A DNA stretch of 63,833 bases, filler included, from Guillardia theta CCMP2712 (taxonomy: Eukaryota; Protista; Cryptophyta), in the NCBI RefSeq assembly GCF_000315625.1. It is 5 parts of 5 records of this genome, joined end to end, with 100 filler letters (N's around TTAATTAATTAA, not from the genome) between each part and the next. Parts side by side here need not be neighbours in the genome. Positions count along the whole stretch, not along the records: positions 31,995 to 47,522 come from NW_005434585.1; positions 47,623 to 60,738 come from NW_005434305.1; 3 more parts are not named here. One strand, 5' to 3'. Shown here one piece after another: positions 36,601 through 50,098 of this stretch (its first letter is position 1; every line of letters begins with the position of its first letter). The position numbers and the translations under genes are program-made. The notes beneath the pieces are model-generated. The model did not search any database. It was given only the letters and a program-made list of their open reading frames with translations, and was not told the DNA's origin.

Positions 36601-39600
36601 AAGATCATTCCAACAAAAAGATTCAGAAGCTGAAAAGAGCTCGTCAGATTTTCTTTCTCCCCCTTCTTTCTCCCACCTCTTCCCATCCCTTTGCGCTCCC
36701 TTCCCCCCCTCCCCGCGCCTCTCCCCCCATCCTGCTCCATCTCGTTTCCTAGCTGAACTCACCATGCACTCGCAGATGATCTTGAAGACGACGAAGTAGA
36801 GGTCGGAGAAGGAGGAGCCGCAGTCGCCGAAGCTGTAGTCGTAGTCGCTCATCCCATGCACCGCTGCTGTGAAGAGCTTCGTGCAGGCCGGCGGCTGCAC
36901 CCGCAGGTCGTACATCATGTCCATCCTGCAGAGCGAGAGTTGAGAGAAGAAAGGGAGCAGAAGAGGCGAGGAGAGAGGAGGAGAGAGAAGGAGAGAGGAG
37001 GAGAGAGGATGAGAGGCTGTGTGGGGAAGGGAAAAGCATTGAAGAAAGAAGGAGTTTGATGGAGGGAGAGGGGAGGGAGGGAGGGAGGGAGGGGAGGGAG
37101 GGATCAGACCATTCATCTCCGGTGACGAGCTGGTAGGCTGTGACGATGGATCTCGAGTAGGTCTCGAAGTTGGCGGTGGGCCCGATCCTGACACCATAGC
37201 GGGTGGTACCGAAGGAGGCGACAGCGAAGAGAGCGAACATGGAGTAGACTATGAAGAGGAGGAAGAGGATGCTGAAGGCGCGGGGGATGCAGGCGAGCAT
37301 GGTCTCGAGAATGATCCTTATGGCCTTCACGCGCGCCATGAGCCGGACCAGTCGCGTCAGACGGAACGACTTGGCGAACTGCGTCAACTTGGGGCTGTTG
37401 CCAGCGTAGCCGGCAAGAGTTCCGAGGAAGACGACTGGAGGAGGAGGAGGTCAGAGGGAGAGCGCGGACTGTAGGAGACGACGGGCAGGAGGAGGGGGTG
37501 AGGAGGGAGCAGGAGATGAAGAATGAGAATAAGAAAAGCGAGGAGGAAGAGCAGAGATAGGATGAGGAGCAAGGGGAGCGAGAGGAGGAGCGAGAGGAGG
37601 AGCGAGAGGAGGAGCGAGAGGAGGAGGAACTTACAGAGGTCGAAGGCCTTCCACTGGTCATCTATGAAAGTTCCCACGCCGTACCCGATGCTGTAAAGAA
37701 GCACCTCCATGCCGAGCTCGAGGAAGAAGAAGGTGTTCTGCACGTAGAGCAGCTGCTTGTACTTCCCGCTAGCGTTGGCGTCCTCGGTGAGCATGAAGAT
37801 CACGTTGACGGTGACGCACAGGACAGAGAAGGTCTGGAAGCTCTTGGACTCCACGAGAGCTCTGACGCGGGTCGACAGCTTGCTGGTTGGGAGGGAGAAG
37901 ACGTTGAACTTGGGGCCGTAGGAGCCGAGCATCCTCCTGTACCGCGAGTAGATCACCTCCACCTCCGACGCTCCTCGCGAGTAGTTGAAGCCATCGACTG
38001 CTCTTGTAGTCAGACACCTCTCTTGTCCTCCTCCTCCTCCTCTTCCTCCTCCTCCTCCCTGAACCTGCCTCCCTTTCTACGGCTCCCTCTTCGTCTTCTC
38101 TCTCCCTCCCCTCCCCTCTTCCCCCTCCCCCGCACCGATGAAGCCGACGAAGAGGTTCATAACGAACAGGCCGCCCACAAGGAGGTACGCGACGAAGAAG
38201 AGGCCGTAGGAAGAGGAGTGCAGGAGGTCGGGGCTTTGACCGACTTGCGTTACGTCCATCCCGTCCTGGATGACCGACACGTACTTGAAGGTCCCAACTC
38301 GGTAGAGAGTGATCATCGAGTCGTAAAAGTCGTCGAAGGAGTATCCTGGTTTCCACCAGACCTTCTGCCTCAGCAGCCCGTCGCCTTCCGACACGCTCAG
38401 CCCCGAGCACTCGACGATGCCAGCCGGATAGTCTGCTCCTCCTGGGAGACACCTGCCAAGCCAACTCATTATCCCCTCTCTCCTCTCCTCTCCTCTCCTC
38501 TCCTCTCCTCTCCTCTCCCCTTCTTTCCTAGTTCACCTGTAGAATTTCCCGCCGAACAAACCCATGCCGATCAAGCAGAACACGACGAGGTTGAAGAACT
38601 GGAAGGCGACCACGTAGAGGGCAGGGATGATGGTGCAGATGAGCGCGTTGATGATCTTCTTCATGGCGGCACTTCGCTTCAGAATGCGGATCGGTCGAAG
38701 GGCTCGGAAGAGACGCGCCTGCTTGGTGAGCGAGGGCTGACCGTTGAGCACGCCGGACGCCTCGAGCCAGGCGAACCAGAGGATGGTGAAGTCGACGATG
38801 TTCCAGCCGTCGCGGAAGTAAGCCGTCTTGGTGAAGAGCATACCCTTGCTCATCACCCTCATGATGAACTCCAGAGTGAAGACCAGAGTGAAGATGAAGT
38901 TGGCTGAGTCGATCTGCTGCTTCGTCATGGGCAGGTCGAGGTGAGGGATGTCGTCGGCAGGAGGAGTGATGGTGAGAATAATGCAGGAGCCGAGAATGCA
39001 GAGGAGGATGAGATAGTCGAAGTAGACGTTCGACTCCAAGCTCGCAAATAGCCTTCGGATGGGATGCCCAGCCTCCAGGCAGTACAGGATCCTCTCAGGC
39101 TTAGCCTCCTCAGCCAAGTCATCCTCCGGGAGCAAACTGAGCTTTTCAAGGACTAGCCTTCCTACCTTGGACTTGACTGTGATCTCTGAATCAAGGTAGA
39201 TCGACCGGGTCCTGGTCAAGGGAACCACAGGGGTCTTGAGCTGAACTTCTAGCACAGGGGAGGAGGAGGAGAAGGGAGCGACGCGCGAGGGCTGGATCGA
39301 GTCAAAGAAACTGACGTAGTAGGACCGAACAACATCCAGGCTTTTCTTAGCGAGCCCCGGCTTCTCGATGTTTGCAATGGTTCTTGCCACCTGGCACAAG
39401 AGGTAAGGAGGAGGAGCAGGAGGGGGGGTGGGGTGGGGGAGCAGGAGCAGGAGGAAGAGGAGGACGAGGGGCAGGGGCAGGGGCAGGGGCAGGAGGAGCG
39501 CAAGGAGCAGGGGCAAGAGGAGCAGGAGCAGGAGGAGGGGGAGGAGCAGGAGCAGGGCCATGAGGAGAGAAGAAATGTGAGACACAAGGGAGAAGCGAGG

Positions 39601-42233
39601 AGAGCAAAGGACGCGGGAGGACCTCGAAGTTCTCGATGATGATTGCGATGAAGAGGTTTGAGATGATGAGCTGAGCGAAGATGAACCATGCCATGATGAG
39701 CAGACAGCCGAAGACGACGCCGAGGGTCGTGTCTTTCGAGGACATGGCGCTGTAGAGGATGCCTGACCAAGAGTCTCCCGTGAAGATCTGGAAGGAGGTC
39801 AACACGGAGATGTAGAAGGAGCCGAAGTTGCTTCGCGTCAGGGAGTCCATCTTGTCTCGGAACACGTACCGTCCTGTCACGCAGAACGCCAACCCCACCA
39901 GGCAGATGAACACGATGAGGTGGGCAAGGGAGGGGGTGGAGGCCAGGGCAGCATAGAGGAGGTCGTAGAGGGTAGGGAAGTATCGCATCAGCCGGTAGAT
40001 TCTGATCGCTCCCACCAGCATCAGCGCGTCGCTGCCCACGAAGATTGCAATCCACATGAGGATGACGAGGGCGAACTCGAAGAAGTAGAACGGGTTTCTG
40101 ATGTACGAGGTGAAGTTGGAGGAGGCGATGGCGTAGCAGAACGACTCTACGGAGTAGATGCAGTTGTAGATGACGTAGCCATACAGCGCCCAGTTCTTGA
40201 TCCCCTGCTCAGCGTCGTGACGGTTCAACGCCATGGTCAGAGCGTGGACTAGGATGACACAGGACATGAAATTCCCGAAATGAGGGTGGCTGGCCACGGC
40301 CCTGGCAAAGTCCTCGATCTTGACGCGCGAGTCAAGCTTCCATCCTGTCGCGTTCACCACCTGCACGCTCTGTATCACCCTGGGGTTCGCAGCGATGGAC
40401 TCTTCGCCGCTCGATAGGCTCGTCAGCTCGTCTTCGTGCTCCTTCCTCTCCCTCCTGATCCTTGCAAACGTCCCTGTCACCACTCCGACAAACACTCCAA
40501 GGAGGATCCAAGTGCAGAAGATCGAGACGGCAAAGAGCATAATCGCCACAATGGCCTTGGCCGCGGGCTCATGCTCGCTGTTCAGCGCGTACCAGAGCAC
40601 GTCGTAGGCCGAGTCAGCTGTCATGTACTGGAACAGTGCCACGAAGGCGCCGGCAAAGTTGTCAAAGTGTTGATATCCATTCTGCGGGTTTCCAACATCG
40701 ACGCAAGTCTGCTTCATGTACTGCCATCCGTAGGTCCTCAGGATCGATGCTTGGCACGTGTGGTAGATGCCCCGGTAGGGATCGAGCGGGTAGATCCCGT
40801 CGTACTCTCCAGCCGTCTTGTTCGTCACGTAGTCACAAGTGGTCTGGTAAGGATAGCCCGCAGTCACAACGACGTCTCCTCCTGCCGCCATGCTGTAGCT
40901 CTGCCGGCTCAATGAGCATGAGGACGAGTTCGCCCAGCCCGTGGAGAAGTCCGACGCACAGTCGGAAACGCGATAAGGAAGCATAACGCACCTCCTGCGG
41001 AACGACTTGGACAGCACGGCCATGGCGAGGATACAAAACCCTATAAGGAAGAAGAGGAGGAGGAGAAACACTGTGGCCAACTCGTCGACTCCCTCGTGCA
41101 GAGACTGCAGGATCTCGGCAAGCTTGCCGAACATCTCCAGCTTCACTAGCGGTCGGAGAATCCTCAGGATACGAAATGGCCTGCAAGCAAACCCCGTCAG
41201 CTTCCTCGCCCCTGACCCTGAAAAGGCAGCACCTGAGAATCAACGCGTTCTCGCCGTAGGCAGAAGCACCGTACTCGAGAGCGACGACAAGGAGCGCTGC
41301 AAAGTCGAGCTTGTGATAGTCCGAGTGGATCCATGCGTGGAAGCCGAAGGCAATGCATCCTGACAGAACCTCACAGAACAAGACGGCGACACAGAAGAAG
41401 TCAAAGGCCTCGGACAGCGGAGTTGACACTTTCGAAGCGCCGGAAGCATCTGTATTGAAGTCGGGGGAGAGGGAAGGGCGGACAGCAATGACCGCAGCAT
41501 TGGCGATAGTGACAAGAACAAAGAAGGATCCCCAGAAAGGGCTCTTATGCACATCGAAGCACTTCTTCCTGACCAGAGACTGGTAGCTGAAACCACCGAA
41601 CAAGAACCTACAGCTGACCGGAGTTGTGTCTTCAATGCGATCGAAAGTTGAATCGTCCTTGGGCTCTTCAAGCTGTTTCTTTACAGGATCTTCGAACGTG
41701 TCTGGCCAGATATGAGCAATGACAGTGTCAGTCTGCGTCCCAAACTCGCAATGATCAGATGTCCAGGCGTGGTTTCCTCCGTTCACATGATGCAAATCCG
41801 ACTTGTCGCCATTCCCGTTGATCGGAGGCTCGACGGCCTCTGCCTTACTCTTCTGTGTGTCCGGCAAGCTCTTCTGCGATCCGTTGGGCTGCACATCCTT
41901 GGATGCACGCGCGTTGGACAAGGAGGAGGCAGGGAACGTCTTGCTCAGCTCCTCTTGTAGCGACTTCCGGATGCTGTCATCCTCGCCATTGTGACCGTTG
42001 GACGAGTAGGAGTCCCGCTTCTTCTTGGCAAGTCGCTCGATGGATTTCTTGGTCTCCAACTTGCATCCAGGACATCTCGGCCAGCCCGGCTTTATGGGAG
42101 AGGCGCATCCCACGCAATCTATCCATTCGCCATGGTCCGAAACATAGTCTTCCTCGTCCTCGCGGCGGCTGATTTCTTCGAGCTGCTCTAGCCTTCTGCT
42201 CTGCTCTTTGAGTTGCGACTGGAGACTTTCCAT
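33656..42233 (-). CDS. Four-domain voltage-gated-type cation channel, NALCN/Cch1-like, multi-exon
   Basis: Four S4 segments (RPFRILRILRPL; IRIYRLMRYF; RLFRALRPIRILKR; KSFRLTRLVRLMAR) and four pore loops (FQYMTADS; FQIFTGDSW; YRVGTFKY; YQLVTGDEW). The domain IV segment MYDLRVQPPACT...GDCG...LLNLFVGMILENF resembles NALCN/Cch1. Confidence 0.9.
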
Positions 42234-43219
42234 GATCTCTACGTCGCAACTTCACCTGGAGTTCAACGCAATACCAGACGTTCAAAATCCTGCTTGGCAA
42301 CCACCAAACGCCGCCAACATCGTGAGAGGCTGAACCAACCTGCAAGACAGTTGTGTAAAAGATCCTTTCAGAGATAGCTATCAGATTGGCTTCCTACTCA
42401 AGCAAGAATGAGGCAGGGAAACATCATAGGTCATGGCTATTCTCTGTGTCTGTACCAGCTCCCCTCGATCGAATCGACTACCTCATCGTTACTCCTGCTT
42501 CTCGGTTCCTTTCCGCCCCCTCGTGGTTCTTTGTGTACTGATCCTTCTCTCGTGTAATCTTTGCCTCCTTCACTCTGTTCATCTTATCCTTCTTCTCCTC
42601 TGATCATCCTCCTCCTGTCTTCCTCCTTCTCCTCCTCGTCGTCGTCCTCGTCCTCCTCCTCCTCCTCCTCCTCCTGGTCTCTTTGTTCATCATGTCGTAC
42701 TAACCAACAAAAAAAAGTCCTAACTTCCTATCCCTACCCCCTACCCTACCCTACTGTCCCTTGGGTACCTCCTTAGTCACAACGGAACCACCCCCTACCT
42801 ACCCCACAAAGTCAACTCTCAGTACCCACCACTCCTTCGAAGATCTGTGTACTTCGATACTACCAGACTACCCATGACTCCTCAACTACCCACCATACTC
42901 CTTTCTCTATCGAGCTTTCCCCGACAGGGTGTAGAGGGGGTGGGGTATTATTACCCCAGTCTTATCTTGGTGAGGGGGTGGGAGTGGGAATAGGAGGGGG
43001 GGTGGGGGTGCAGAACTGAGTGCGAGAGGCCAACCGACGTCATGGAGGGGGGGGGTGGGGGTAGGGTGGGGAAGTAAGAGGGGGAAAGGGGTAGGTGTAC
43101 AGGGCTGGGCAACAAAAATGTTAACGATCAACAATAAAGAAGGTTTGCAGGACACGAAAATTGGAACGCCGGACGGGGACCGGAGCCAGCTCAGATTTGT
43201 ACTGATGGATATTTTAAAG

Positions 43220-43260
43220 TTTACTCAAGGTTAAGTTAATAATCAGTACGAGGACAGTCA
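43220..43260 (+). repeat. Dispersed TTTACTCAA(G/A)G motif, diverged copy
   Basis: TTTACTCAAGGTTAAGTTAATAATCAGTACGAGGACAGTCA has 3 mismatches to the copy at 8540. Confidence 0.85.
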
Positions 43261-43423
43261 GATGTGATGGGAGCTAAAACAATTACACACTTTAAAAAGC
43301 AATAAGCTAAAACAATACTGTTGACCGTTAGACTGGATCCAATATGATCTGCGATCGGAGGCGATGAAGGAGAAGAACGGAAGAACCAGAGTCGTGATGG
43401 TGGCAATATGATACCTCGACCTC

Positions 43424-44248
43424 GTGATGCTCGTGCTTCTTTGCAAGCTCCTCTGCAGACGGCTGGGTGGGGGTGAAGCGCAAGCTGCAAGACTAAATAG
43501 CAGCCCTCCCAGCACCAACAGAAGGTGTCCGCGACTTCCAGCAGCGATTTCGGATCTAGCATGGCGGCTAGACGGCGAGGAAGAGGAGGAGATCCTCGCT
43601 GATGGCGCTTGTAGTCTCAGATTGTTGAATGCTCTGATCCGTCAACGAGCAACATTCGCTCACTGGAAGAGACACGTTGAAGAGAAAGGAGGGGAGATCA
43701 GCGCAGACTCGTCCCATGTCACAAGCCGCTCCAGTCAGTCGACAGGAGCAGAGCTGTCGGCTCAAGCGCTTTTTGATGTACTGAGGCATCTGACAAGAGC
43801 AGCGGATTCAACAGACCCCCATACATCCCATGAGGTTGGGATATCAATCAAGAGCTCCAATGTGAAGGCTGCCGAGGTGGACGAGAACACTTGCGCGCTT
43901 TTGTCCGCGAGGGTAGAATCTCTCCAGAAACAACTCGACGTTGCCAACGACGCGATCGAGATTTTGGAAAAGGAGAAGAGGGACAGATTTGATGACCTCT
44001 GGCACAAAGTATCTCAAACCATGACTTGCTCTTCTCTCATCTCTCCACTGCAGGCGGTTGCACTAGGACAAGAACAGCTCGAAAGCTTTCTCGAGCAGAA
44101 CGAGGTCGAACGAAAGATTCTTCTGCATCGGATTCACTTCCTTGAGAACGTTGTGAGGGAGGTAAATAGTCTCCTTGTGCTCTCACGGCATTAATGTTCA
44201 TCTTGCAGGATACACAAACAGATGGCAAGAGTGGAGTACCGTGTTGAG
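43424..44248 (+). CDS. Hypothetical coiled-coil protein (multi-exon)
   Basis: ORF with LSARVESLQKQLDVANDAIEILEKEK heptads; boundaries uncertain. Confidence 0.4.
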
Positions 44249-44390
44249 GTGACTTTTATGACAGACTCCAATACATGATTGCTGATCGCGATCACGAAAA
44301 GAGCTGCTCGATCTACTTGTAGAGTTGTTGTCTTGCCAGGCAAGCAGATTTCGAGGCTAGCAGATTTTCGAACCTCGCCTCGCCTCTTCA

Positions 44391-45104
44391 TCATACACCC
44401 TGTAACGAGATCCAGTGGGTGACCATGAACCATCGAGACTCCTGCTGCCACTCGATGCCACGGTTGCCTCCCTCCTCCTGTTGCAGCGAGCAAGGAACGT
44501 GACGTCGGCACAGCGGGCAGCTGCAGAGCTGCAGAGCTGCAAGGAAACGAGTCAGGGACGAGGGGGAGGGGATAGCGATCATGAACCGTTGAGACGGGTA
44601 TCGATCCACCTGCGTCCTCATCATCTTCAGGACTTGCTATAGCGAGGCTCACCGGGTTATGCAGCGAGAATGAAAGAAGTGGCCGCAAGGAAGGAAGGTC
44701 ACCGACTCCTGCGGCTCGTACTCCGCCTGGCAGATCTCGCAGATCTTGACTTGATTTTCTTCCTCCCCTCCCTCTTCGGGCTCCCCGTCCTCAAGCGAAC
44801 CGCTCTCGTTCACTGTTCGTACGCAAGCCTGTCGGGCGTTGGTGATCAGGAGTTGTCCTGGCGGGACAGTCATGCCTTGTCCCCTCCTCCTCCCATCTTC
44901 ACCTAGAATCTCCCGTCTTGCTGCTCTCAGCCTCGCCGCCATCTCGCTCGGTGTCACGGGGCAGACCAATCTCTGCAGACTCTGTACGTATGTTGGGACG
45001 TAAACCGGAGAGACTCCCGGGCCAAGAGGGGCTGGCAGGGTACCCTGGGGGACTGCTGGAGTGAATTCGCGGCCAGGCAGCACGTAGACGTCTAGAGGCA
45101 TCAT
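44391..45104 (-). CDS. RING-H2 E3 ubiquitin ligase
   Basis: CEICQAEYE...FLPCGHFFHSRCITR|WID...|CPLCR split across two introns; start uncertain. Confidence 0.85.
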
Positions 45105-45799
45105 TGATCCGTGGGATGAAACCTGAGAGCTGCTGATTCAATGATGACGCTGAGAAACAAAAAGTTTAGTGACGGTTAAGGAAACAAAAATCAGACTCGA
45201 GCCGCACTGCTATAAACCATATGAAATGATGGCTGCTCAGAGGACCGTCCAGGACTCCTGCCAGGAGGAGAGGACCTTCCCGGAGGAAGAGGAGGAAGGG
45301 TACTACTATCCCGCAGTTCCGGGAGAAATCAGTGATGACTCGGCCCAATGACTCGGCCCTGAGAAGTAACTGTGACTGTTCACTGCTCTATCGGACGATT
45401 CATATCGAACTTCCGAACATCATGAATGATCGGGGCCGCCGGGCTGGCCGAGTGAACCGGCGGCGGTACGGGGCCGGGTCCCGGAGTCCGATCAAACTTC
45501 AAAATCAATTTTTTTTCCGAAGTTACAGTTTGAATCGATTCAATCCCGACGAGGTCAGGGGATGAGGGCACTTGGTCGCCATGGAAGGCCTGTCGCCCCT
45601 TGGCGTGGTGATGGGGATGGCGGGGGCGCGCATGCCGTTGTCGGAGGAGGGTGAGTGGAGGAGACCTGAGAGGATGTTCTCTGTTGTGATCAGTCCTGTA
45701 TAATGCATCATGCGGTGCAAGCAGTGTATCACCTTGTTGTCCAAGAAGTGGTCACTCATCATTGCTCGGTACAGTATCGGTAACCATGGCCTTTCAAAG

Positions 45800-46885
45800 G
45801 ATGATGATCTCGAGCTCATACAAACACCTCCGTGCTGTTGTCTGCGTTTCTATCCTCCTCCAATCCGTGAGCAGATGAACAAGACAATCTGAGAACCCTG
45901 ACCTCGATAGTCAGATATTCTTGCTCACCTTTGTGGACCAGTGGACACCGCGCCGCATCGTTCTTCTTGACGTTGGAGTAAGACATTCTAAAGGATATCC
46001 AGGAGGCCAGTGATATAGACTCGTCTTGACGGGATCTGTTCTCAGTTGGGGCTTGGCGGGCTGTTGCGGATAGTTCTTCACCACCTGGAGAGGAGGAAAG
46101 GGGAAATGAAGGAGCAGCCGAACGCTGCGCCCAGAAGCAACAAGGAAACGGAGGAAACGAACATTGAGAGAGCTCTGATAATGTGGAGGTGTGTTTAATC
46201 GATGCCAAGTCCTCTCGTTAAGTTGCTCCCAGCGTTTGCAGTTGGTCTTCCGTCTTGTACATCTCACCAGCCATTTACGCGATGCTCCGGTGCAGTGGCG
46301 CGCTTCATTTCTTGTTTTCTAGCCTAACGGCTTCCTTGCTGCCAGGCAAGGAGGAGGGAGGACGCAGGTTGAGATGATAGTGACATCCCTGGGGCTGAAC
46401 CTTGTCTGGGTCTCGATGGTCGTCCAGGTAACCTTCCCTCTCGGGTCGTCTGTGCGCTGCCCTTCTCACTCTTCTTGTAGATTTTGTTGCCAGCGTCAGT
46501 TTCTCCGCGACACCAGAGGATGGTGCAGGTGAGTTCACTTGTATCCATGCGATAACTGAGAGATGCATTCTCATCCCTCCACGCTGACCTCTGTGCGTTC
46601 ATTCTCAGTGGACGCATTACTTCGGCGGATATCTTGGAGCATACGGCCATTATTACAAAGCGCATGATTGGATCTTAGCATGGGGGCCGCTGCTGGTGAC
46701 TTTGTTTGTGTCCCTTCCTCGCGCTCATTCTGCTTGCTCAGGTCGGAATGCTCTTGTTCTCTGACCGCAGCCCTCTCGTCAAAGTCTGCTACGGTGATGG
46801 GGCCGAAGGGAGCAGGAAGTGGGATGGACGCAGATGGAGAGAGTTTGCCGTTGAGATAGGATACGCTCTGTTGCCCCATGAGCAA
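45800..46885 (-). CDS. Hypothetical protein, multi-exon
   Basis: Run of minus-strand ORF segments separated by GT-AG introns; no family recognised. Confidence 0.25.
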
Positions 46886-47622
46886 CAGAAAGCTCTACCG
46901 TTGCGACGGGACAATCCGTCAACAGTTCGCCCATTGCCCTCTGCTTTCTTACAGTGACACCCATTCCTTCCTTTTCTCTTGAGTTTTGATGTGAACATTA
47001 TGTACATGATTGAATCAGACACATTTTACTGCACCTGTCTGATCATGATCTTACACGCATGCGTTTCTATCACTCGCAAGATGTTTGCTAATACCAAAAG
47101 TTCTTTGTTTCATCACTGCACTCCTCCTTTCGGAATTTGGATAGACCATTCACATAGGCAACACTGATCATTTCAATATCTTCCTCAACTTATAATCTCG
47201 TGAGATGTGGGCTGCTCTTCGTTTTCTTCATGTTATTACACCCGATAGTTTCGATATCCTCTAAAATAACATCACTGCATGTGATTCACCCTCTTTGTTC
47301 ACCATTTCTCACTTTCTTCACCGCTATCATTTCTGTGCTGTTTCTTCGCAAGTGCTTTCATCCTTGCTCCTTGCGAGTCGCCTTCATTACGACTGTGGCG
47401 TTGATCAGTTTTATCCAATACAAACGATACAAACAATAGAAACAATACGTCTTCTATTCTGTTCTCCTTCATCTTCATTGTATCCCTCCCCCCTCCCCCC
47501 CCTCGCCCCCCCCTCGCCCCGTNNNNNNNNNNNNNNNNNNNNNNNNNNNNNNNNNNNNNNNNNNNNTTAATTAATTAANNNNNNNNNNNNNNNNNNNNNN
47601 NNNNNNNNNNNNNNNNNNNNNN

Positions 47623-49738
47623 ACCGCTCCCCGGCCTTGATCGTGTTGTCGCGGTTGTCGGCCGTCATGCTCGCCAGCGCCCTGCATGCTGCCTCCTGTA
47701 CCCCCGCGTGCTCCCCGTGCCTCTCCATCGCCCCGACGGCCGCCCCTACTGCCCCTGCCTCCCCGGCCTTGATCGTGTTGTCGCGGTTGTCGGCCGTCAT
47801 GCTCGCCAGCGCCCTGCATGCTGCCTCCTGTACCCCCGCGTGCTCCCCGTGCCTCTCCATCGCCCCGACGGCCGCCCCTACTGCCCCTGCCTCCCCGGCC
47901 TTGATCGTGTTGTCGCGGTTGTCGGCCGTCATGCTCGCCAGCGCCCTGCATGCTGCCTCCTGTACCCCCGCGTGCTCCCCGTGCCTCTCCATCGCCCCGA
48001 CGGCCGCCCCTACTGCCCCTGCCTCCCCGGCCTTGATCGTGTTGTCGCGGTTGTCGGCCGTCATGCTCGCCAGCGCCCTGCATGCTGCCTCCTGTATCTC
48101 TTGGTCCTCAACATTGTTCTCCATTGCCCCGACGGCCGCCCCTACTGCCCCTGCCTCCCCGGCCTCGATCGTGTTGTCGCGGTTGTCGGCCGTCATGCTC
48201 GCCAGCGCCCTGCATGCTGCCTCCTGTACCCCCGCGTGCTCCCCGTGCGCTGTCATCCCCATTACTACTGCCTGCAGTGCTCTCACGTTTTTTGCTCTCT
48301 GCTGGTTTGGTGTGTTACCATTCGTCAGGCTTCTCAGTAGTTCGTTTCCTTTCTTCTGTATCCCAGCATACTTCGGATGCCTCTCCATCCCTCTCACTAC
48401 CGCCTTCATCCCTCCTGATCTTCCCACTTTGATCTGGTACTTCGCATCGCTTGCAATGATGCTTTTCAGCGCTCCAAATCCTGCCTCCTGTACCCTGACA
48501 TCGTCCTTTCCTATCTTCATCTCGTGGATCACCGTGTCTATCCTTCCATCAATGTCTTCCTCCGACAGATTCGTCACGTTCTCCCCAAGCCTCCTAATGC
48601 TGACGTGCCCCTCCTCATCTGTCCCTTGTTCCCTCCTTTGCTTCTTCTCTTCCTGCCTCCCCGGCTGTTCCTCCCTCACACTCCCAAGAACTATCGCCAG
48701 CTCGGAGAACCGCGGTCGCTCCATGTCGCTCGCCCTCCAGCAGCTCTCCACCATACCCCACAGCCCTTCCTCGCATCCTCCTTCTATCTCCTCTTCTCTC
48801 AGTCTCCCTCCCCCGCACACGTACACGATCACCTGCTCGTCCTCCGTCATCTGGTAGTAGGGGATCTTGCCTGACGTCAGGAGCTCCCAGCACGTGACCC
48901 CGAAGCTCCACACGTCGCTCTTCTCCGAGTACCGTCCTCTCTGCAGTGACTCTGGCGGCATGTACCGCACTGGCCTTGCTTGTCCTGCCGCTACCGTAGC
49001 GTGAGTGCAGTTGGCGAGCTCCTCTGCCAGCCCGTAGTCCGTCACCTTCACCGAGGTCTTCCGCACGTCCTCCTCGTCGAAGCCGAAGAGCAGCACGTTC
49101 CTCGCCGCCAGGTCCCGGTGCACGACCCCGTTCTCTGCCAGATGCTCCATGCCCTGCGCAATCTGCTGCATCATCACCACCTGATGCTCTCTTGTCAGCT
49201 GTCCTTCCAGCCTTTCAAACGCGTCGCTGAGCGATCCGTGCTCGGCAAACTCCGCCAGCAGCATCCGGCAGTCCTCCTCCTGGGTCTGCCCCATGTACCG
49301 CANNNNNNNNNNNNNNNNNNNNNNNNNNNNNNNNNNNNNNNNNNNNNNNNNNNNNNNNNNNNNNNNNNNNNNNNNNNNNNNNNNNNNNNNNNNNNNNNNN
49401 NNNNNNNNNNNNNNNNNNNNNNNNNNNNNNNNNNNNNNNNNNNNNNNNNNNNNNNNNNNNNNNNNNNNNNNNNNNNNNNNNNNNNNNNNNNNNNNNNNNN
49501 NNNNNNNNNNNNNNNNNNNNNNNNNNNCTTGGATGGCGTTGCGAAGAGCGAGGTTGGGAACGAGGTCCCTGCGGGGGAGGCGGGAGCCGGTGAGGGGGCT
49601 TGTGCGATGCTGCTGGAGCCAGGTCTCGATGAAGGATCTCTCGTACGTGTGGCCGTCGCAGGTGTTGACAGGGTCGGACATCAACTCCATGCTGATGGGG
49701 CAGAAGAAGGAGGGAAGCGCTTGCTGCTGCTCTGCCAT
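47623..49738 (-). CDS. U-box + tyrosine-kinase-type domain + ARM repeat protein (3' end in gap)
   Basis: U-box FFCPISMELMSDPVNTCDGHTYERSFIETWL...LVPNLALRNAI; kinase VVHRDLAARNVLL, DYGLA, RPVRYMPPE, SDVWSFGVTCWELL; 44-aa ARM repeats. Confidence 0.9.
47631..48250. repeat. 132-bp near-identical tandem repeats encoding 44-aa ARM units
   Basis: Unit starts at 47631 and 47763 and continues at the same period. Confidence 0.95.
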
Positions 49739-50000
49739 GGCGCCGGGTGGAGTGAGGGGACAAATGCTTTTTGGGGGGTATATTTCTTTTTTTGAGACTG
49801 TCATATGTAAGCTTGAAATATGAGAGAAATACTTTCGGGGTCTTCAAATAAAAATATCATACACCAACTTGTACTCCCAAGGCGATACAATGAAGTATTG
49901 AAAGTTACCCCATCTGGGGGGTACAGGGTATCGAAAAAAAGGTCAAGGGGTATTGCCCAAAATAGCACGTGGGCAATGGAGGGTTCTCTCAGTTTAAAAA

Positions 50001-50098
50001 TTTACTCAAAGTTAAGTTAAAAAGCAGTCGAGGAGGCTTGACCCTCTTATCTATAGGCGCACCCTGGTGGAATTTATGTATACCCTTTTTTGAGTAAA
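50001..50098. mobile_element. 98-bp MITE-like unit with 10-bp terminal inverted repeats (TTTACTCAAA...TTTGAGTAAA)
   Basis: TIRs at 50001-50010 and 50089-50098; the interior is a deleted version of the 26234 copy. Confidence 0.6.

Noticed and set aside
47637-48857. Plus-strand repeat ORFs over the ARM array
   Set aside because: Antisense shadows of the 132-bp repeats.
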